Source: the human T2T-CHM13v2.0 reference genome, Homo sapiens
DNA length: 64,000 nucleotides
Assembly: GCF_009914755.1 (NCBI RefSeq)
Contig: NC_060928.1
Reading direction: 5' to 3' (one strand)
In this document: one piece after another, positions 12,452-64,000 of the stretch
How the letters are laid out: every line of letters starts with the position of its first letter
How positions within the stretch are numbered: the stretch's first letter is position 1
Notes under the pieces: generated by a model
What the model was told of the DNA's origin: nothing
Databases searched by the model: none
What the model saw: only the letters and a program-made list of their open reading frames with translations
Translations under genes and position numbers: made by a program

Positions 12452-14347
12452 GAGTAAAAGATATGGCCTCAGAAATCACACACTGCATTTGCTCAATATC
12501 CTGGTAGTTACAAAAGTCAGCACTGTAAAATGCAGGAGAAGGCTATACTGGGGCATGACCACCAGGAGGCCAGGGATCACTGGGGCCATCTGGAAGCTGG
12601 CTACCACATATATAAAACAATATTTTGTAGCGCTTTTAAAAAATATATTTGTATTAAAAATATAAAAACACATGCTATATTATGCCCCCTCTAGTGGTTA
12701 CCTCTGGGGACTCTGGGGAGGGAGGAACGGGACAGGATCAAACAGGTAACAAAGCAAACTTCAAATGTATCTAACATTTGCAATTACATGCATATGTGTG
12801 TCTGAAGAAAATATAGCCAAATGCTAACATTTATTACATCTGCATGGTAGAAATACACGGATTTTCTTGAAATCATTTACCTTTCCTATATCTTTGAAAT
12901 ATGTCAATAAAGTTTTAAGGTAATGAATCCAAACAAATGGAAATAAAATGTGCTTTTAATAATAATTTATTTTTACACATTTTAAAAATTGCAATTTTCA
13001 GGAGATGTAAGAAGAATATTTTTCTAATACTGAAATAAGCATATCTTTGGTATAGAAATCACACCCTATGTGTTTATCTTTAACTAAAAAAACTAATCAA
13101 GAACTATGACCTAATATGTTAAACAAAACTATTCTTTGCCCATCCATCTGTCCCCTCTCATAGCCCCATTGTGGGGCATTAGAATATAGTTCTGTACCTA
13201 TCTCCATATCTACAAAGAATTAAGATGTTGTATCAAAAATGTCCAGAAGTTATATATGGTAGAGAATTAGTTGGCTTAATCGTTGACACACAACACAAAA
13301 CACCAAAAGCAACATAAGATACAGGATGCAAAATAGAACACTGTCACTAAGATCAAATAATACAAAAAAAATCACATCATTTAAATTTGATGCATTGCAA
13401 ACAAAGTAACTTCTTTAGAATTATTATGTACACAACTTGCAAAGCTCAAAAAGTAATAGCACAGAGCCATAAATCTGATAAGGCACTTTAAAGATAGCAA
13501 TCAAACATATACAAATATCAAATACAAACACTGTTAAACTGCAAAAGCAGTAACCACAGAAATAAATAGGGAAAAAATATGCATTCTTTCTAAACAGTCT
13601 TTCCCTTTCTGAAGTAAAGTCTTTAAAAAAAAAATCAAACAAGTACAAAAAATATTTATCATATATTTTTAAAACCTATCATCAAAGTCCAAATCTCTGT
13701 AAAAAAAGAATGTTTTTCTTCAAGTCAAAAAAGTTCAGATTCATACATTTCCTAGAGAAACAATGACAGTCTTCATGCTAAATATAGGAAGAAAAAAAGC
13801 TTTCAATTATGTTTGTTAACTCTTTTATTCAACAAACATTTAGTGAATGTTGTGTGACCCTGTTTTAGGTGCTGGGGATATAGAATAAAGACACAATCAT
13901 TAGCTGTAGACAACTTAGCCTAACGGAGCTGGATCCACCACTGGCAACCTTAAAGTTACCTCCCTTGGTCCTTAAGATGAAACGCAACTTCAAAGTCTGC
14001 CATGCTTAGCATCTTGTTGCAAAACAAATAATGGTCTACCTAGTTTGCTACTGGTAGCACTGTGGCTCTATTAATATTAACCGTCTATTGATGAAGTTAA
14101 CTTTCATAAAGGATTCTATGAAAGTTCAGAGGCATAAAGTATTTAAGGACAAACAAGTACTGGTCCGCAACAAAAATAGCATCGGTATTCTGCTTTCACA
14201 AAAACCAAGAAAACCAAGAAAAATTTCATTCTGAGTATATACAGAACTGCTGGACAGAGGTCATCCTATATGTGTGGTACATGTACAAAATATGACATAA
14301 GAAGTATGAATTATTGCAGTCATTATTAAACAACGAAGTATGCCAAA

Positions 14348-16549
<2,202 letters not shown>

Positions 16550-17204
16550 GGGGAAGGGTTGGGACCGCGGAATCCGACCCGAGAAGCCGAACCGACACCA
16601 ACTGTCTTTTAACCACTCGCGCCCAAAGCCGAAAGGCCCCGCCTCCTAACGCCAGAAATCCCGCCCAGTCTCCTCGTGGGTCTCAGCCCCGGACCACAAA
16701 GACGTTTCATTTTTCGGGACAGCCAATCATATGAGTCAATTCACCTTAGGCAACTCACGGCTCCTGCGCGAGCCTCCAATCGATCTCGAAGGGCACTCGT
16801 AGAGAAAACTACACCTCCCAGGAAGCCGTGTGCGTCGCCCCGCCTTCTACTGCCTTTCACTGCGCGTGCGTCGTGCTGTGGGATTCGCGGACCCCTCTGG
16901 CCGCGCTGTGGCTGTTTCACCGCTCCCCGGCTGGGACTTGGAGTCCCTTATCTTTCCCTGGTTTGGTACATGACCCGGAAGCCTCGGCTGGCCGTTGCGT
17001 CATCCATGGCGCCGGCGCAGAGCGAGAAGGAGGTGGGAACGCCGTGAAGCAAGAGCGGTCGGCAGAGCGGGGAGGCGAACTGCAGCAGAGTTCTTGCTTT
17101 CCGGCAGGTGATGGCGCCCCCCGCGGCCTAGAGGTCCAGCGCCCGCCGCGAGCAGCGGACAGTCCTCCTGTTGTGTCCGACCGAGAGTCCTGGTGACTTT
17201 GAAC

Positions 17205-53268
<36,064 letters not shown>

Positions 53269-53388
53269 ACTGCAGCTAGCCAGTTTCTTTCAAGTATGGC
53301 AAGCTAACGTTAAAATGTTTAGAGATTAACAGATTTCAGAATGTCTTTCTGCATATTACTGAACAGAATAGTCACAAAATGATTATCA

Positions 53389-53394
53389 AATAAA
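53389..53394 (+). terminator. Candidate ETFDH poly(A) signal
   Basis: AATAAA about 120 nt after the stop codon. Confidence 0.55.
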
Positions 53395-53593
53395 AATTTT
53401 ATCCTATATGTAAGATTGTCCCATAAAGAAATTACGGGTATTGCTTTTAAATAACCTTTATAAGAATGCAGCATCTTCCTACCTCTTCAGTTCTTCAGAG
53501 ATTCAGTACCAAGAGCAAAATTCACTACTGGACTTTACATTTGACTTGCCAAAGTTAAGTAATCAAATATAAAAATGAATATATATTCTAGAC

Positions 53594-53752
53594 TAAAGTT
53601 TTATTGAAACACAGCCATACCCATTGGTTACACATTGTCTATGGCTAATTTTGAATTACAACTGTGCAGGTGAGTGGGTGTGACATTACATGGTCTACAA
53701 AGCCTAAAAACTTTATGATCTGGCCCTTGCAGAAGAAGTATGCCCATCCCTG
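53594..53752. mobile_element. MER58A-like hAT relic
   Basis: TAAAGTTTTATTGAAACACAGCCA...TCTGGCCCTTGCAGAAG...CCCTG. Confidence 0.7.
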
Positions 53753-53756
53753 AACA

Positions 53757-53760
<4 letters not shown>

Positions 53761-53807
<47 letters not shown>
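53761..53807. repeat. (GT)n microsatellite between the ETFDH and PPID 3' ends
   Basis: About 23 pure TG units. Confidence 0.95.
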
Positions 53808-53809
<2 letters not shown>

Positions 53810-53897
53810 TATCTATAAGTATGAAAACCTAGCATCATCCACCATGGATACATCAAAGAATCGAAGGAAACAATATACAAACTTAAGCTCTCATCTC

Positions 53898-53903
53898 TTT
53901 ATT
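53898..53903 (-). terminator. Candidate distal PPID poly(A) signal
   Basis: TTTATT on + (AATAAA on -); a proximal one lies at 54324-54329. Confidence 0.6.
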
Positions 53904-53994
53904 CAATAAGATGTGTCTTTACAAGTTTAAAAAGACTGGACACCATTATTTTTTATGAATAATGCACATAACCATTTTAAAAAACATTTTACTT

Positions 53995-54324
<330 letters not shown>

Positions 54325-54484
54325 TTATTAAGCATGAACCCCTATCAGTACTCCTAAACTGTAAACAGTAAGGAACTAAGGTGTCAAAAGAAACACATTA
54401 GGGATCATATTCACAGACAAAAACCTTTACATTTTCTTATTGCATTTATACAATCAACACACAATAAGCAAAACTGAATCCTTT

Positions 54485-64000
<9,516 letters not shown>

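Overview
Human (hominid) genomic DNA matching the chr4q32 C4orf46-ETFDH-PPID locus. It contains: (1) a full-length but defective HERV9/LTR12-type provirus (2052-10576, +) inserted into an Alu with a 4-bp CAGG target-site duplication (TSD); (2) C4orf46 (-, 2 coding exons, 113 aa), head-to-head on a CpG-island promoter with (3) the complete 13-exon ETFDH gene (+, 17205-53268, 617 aa); (4) the 3' part of PPID/cyclophilin 40 (-, exons 3-10), tail-to-tail with ETFDH; and (5) many Alu, L1, L2, solo LTR and DNA-transposon relics. I see no wholly new biological system. The most interesting unexplained structures are: a decayed duplicate of ETFDH exon 10 in intron 9 that still has usable splice signals (possible poison exon); a second, foreign, deletion-collapsed pol remnant where the HERV9 integrase should be; a 5'UTR uORF whose stop codon shields the ETFDH start; a likely LTR-donated poly(A) signal for C4orf46; and a triple-nested LTR. 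Repeat-family names and gene identities come from recognition, not from database searches. Repeat boundaries without a stated TSD are approximate.
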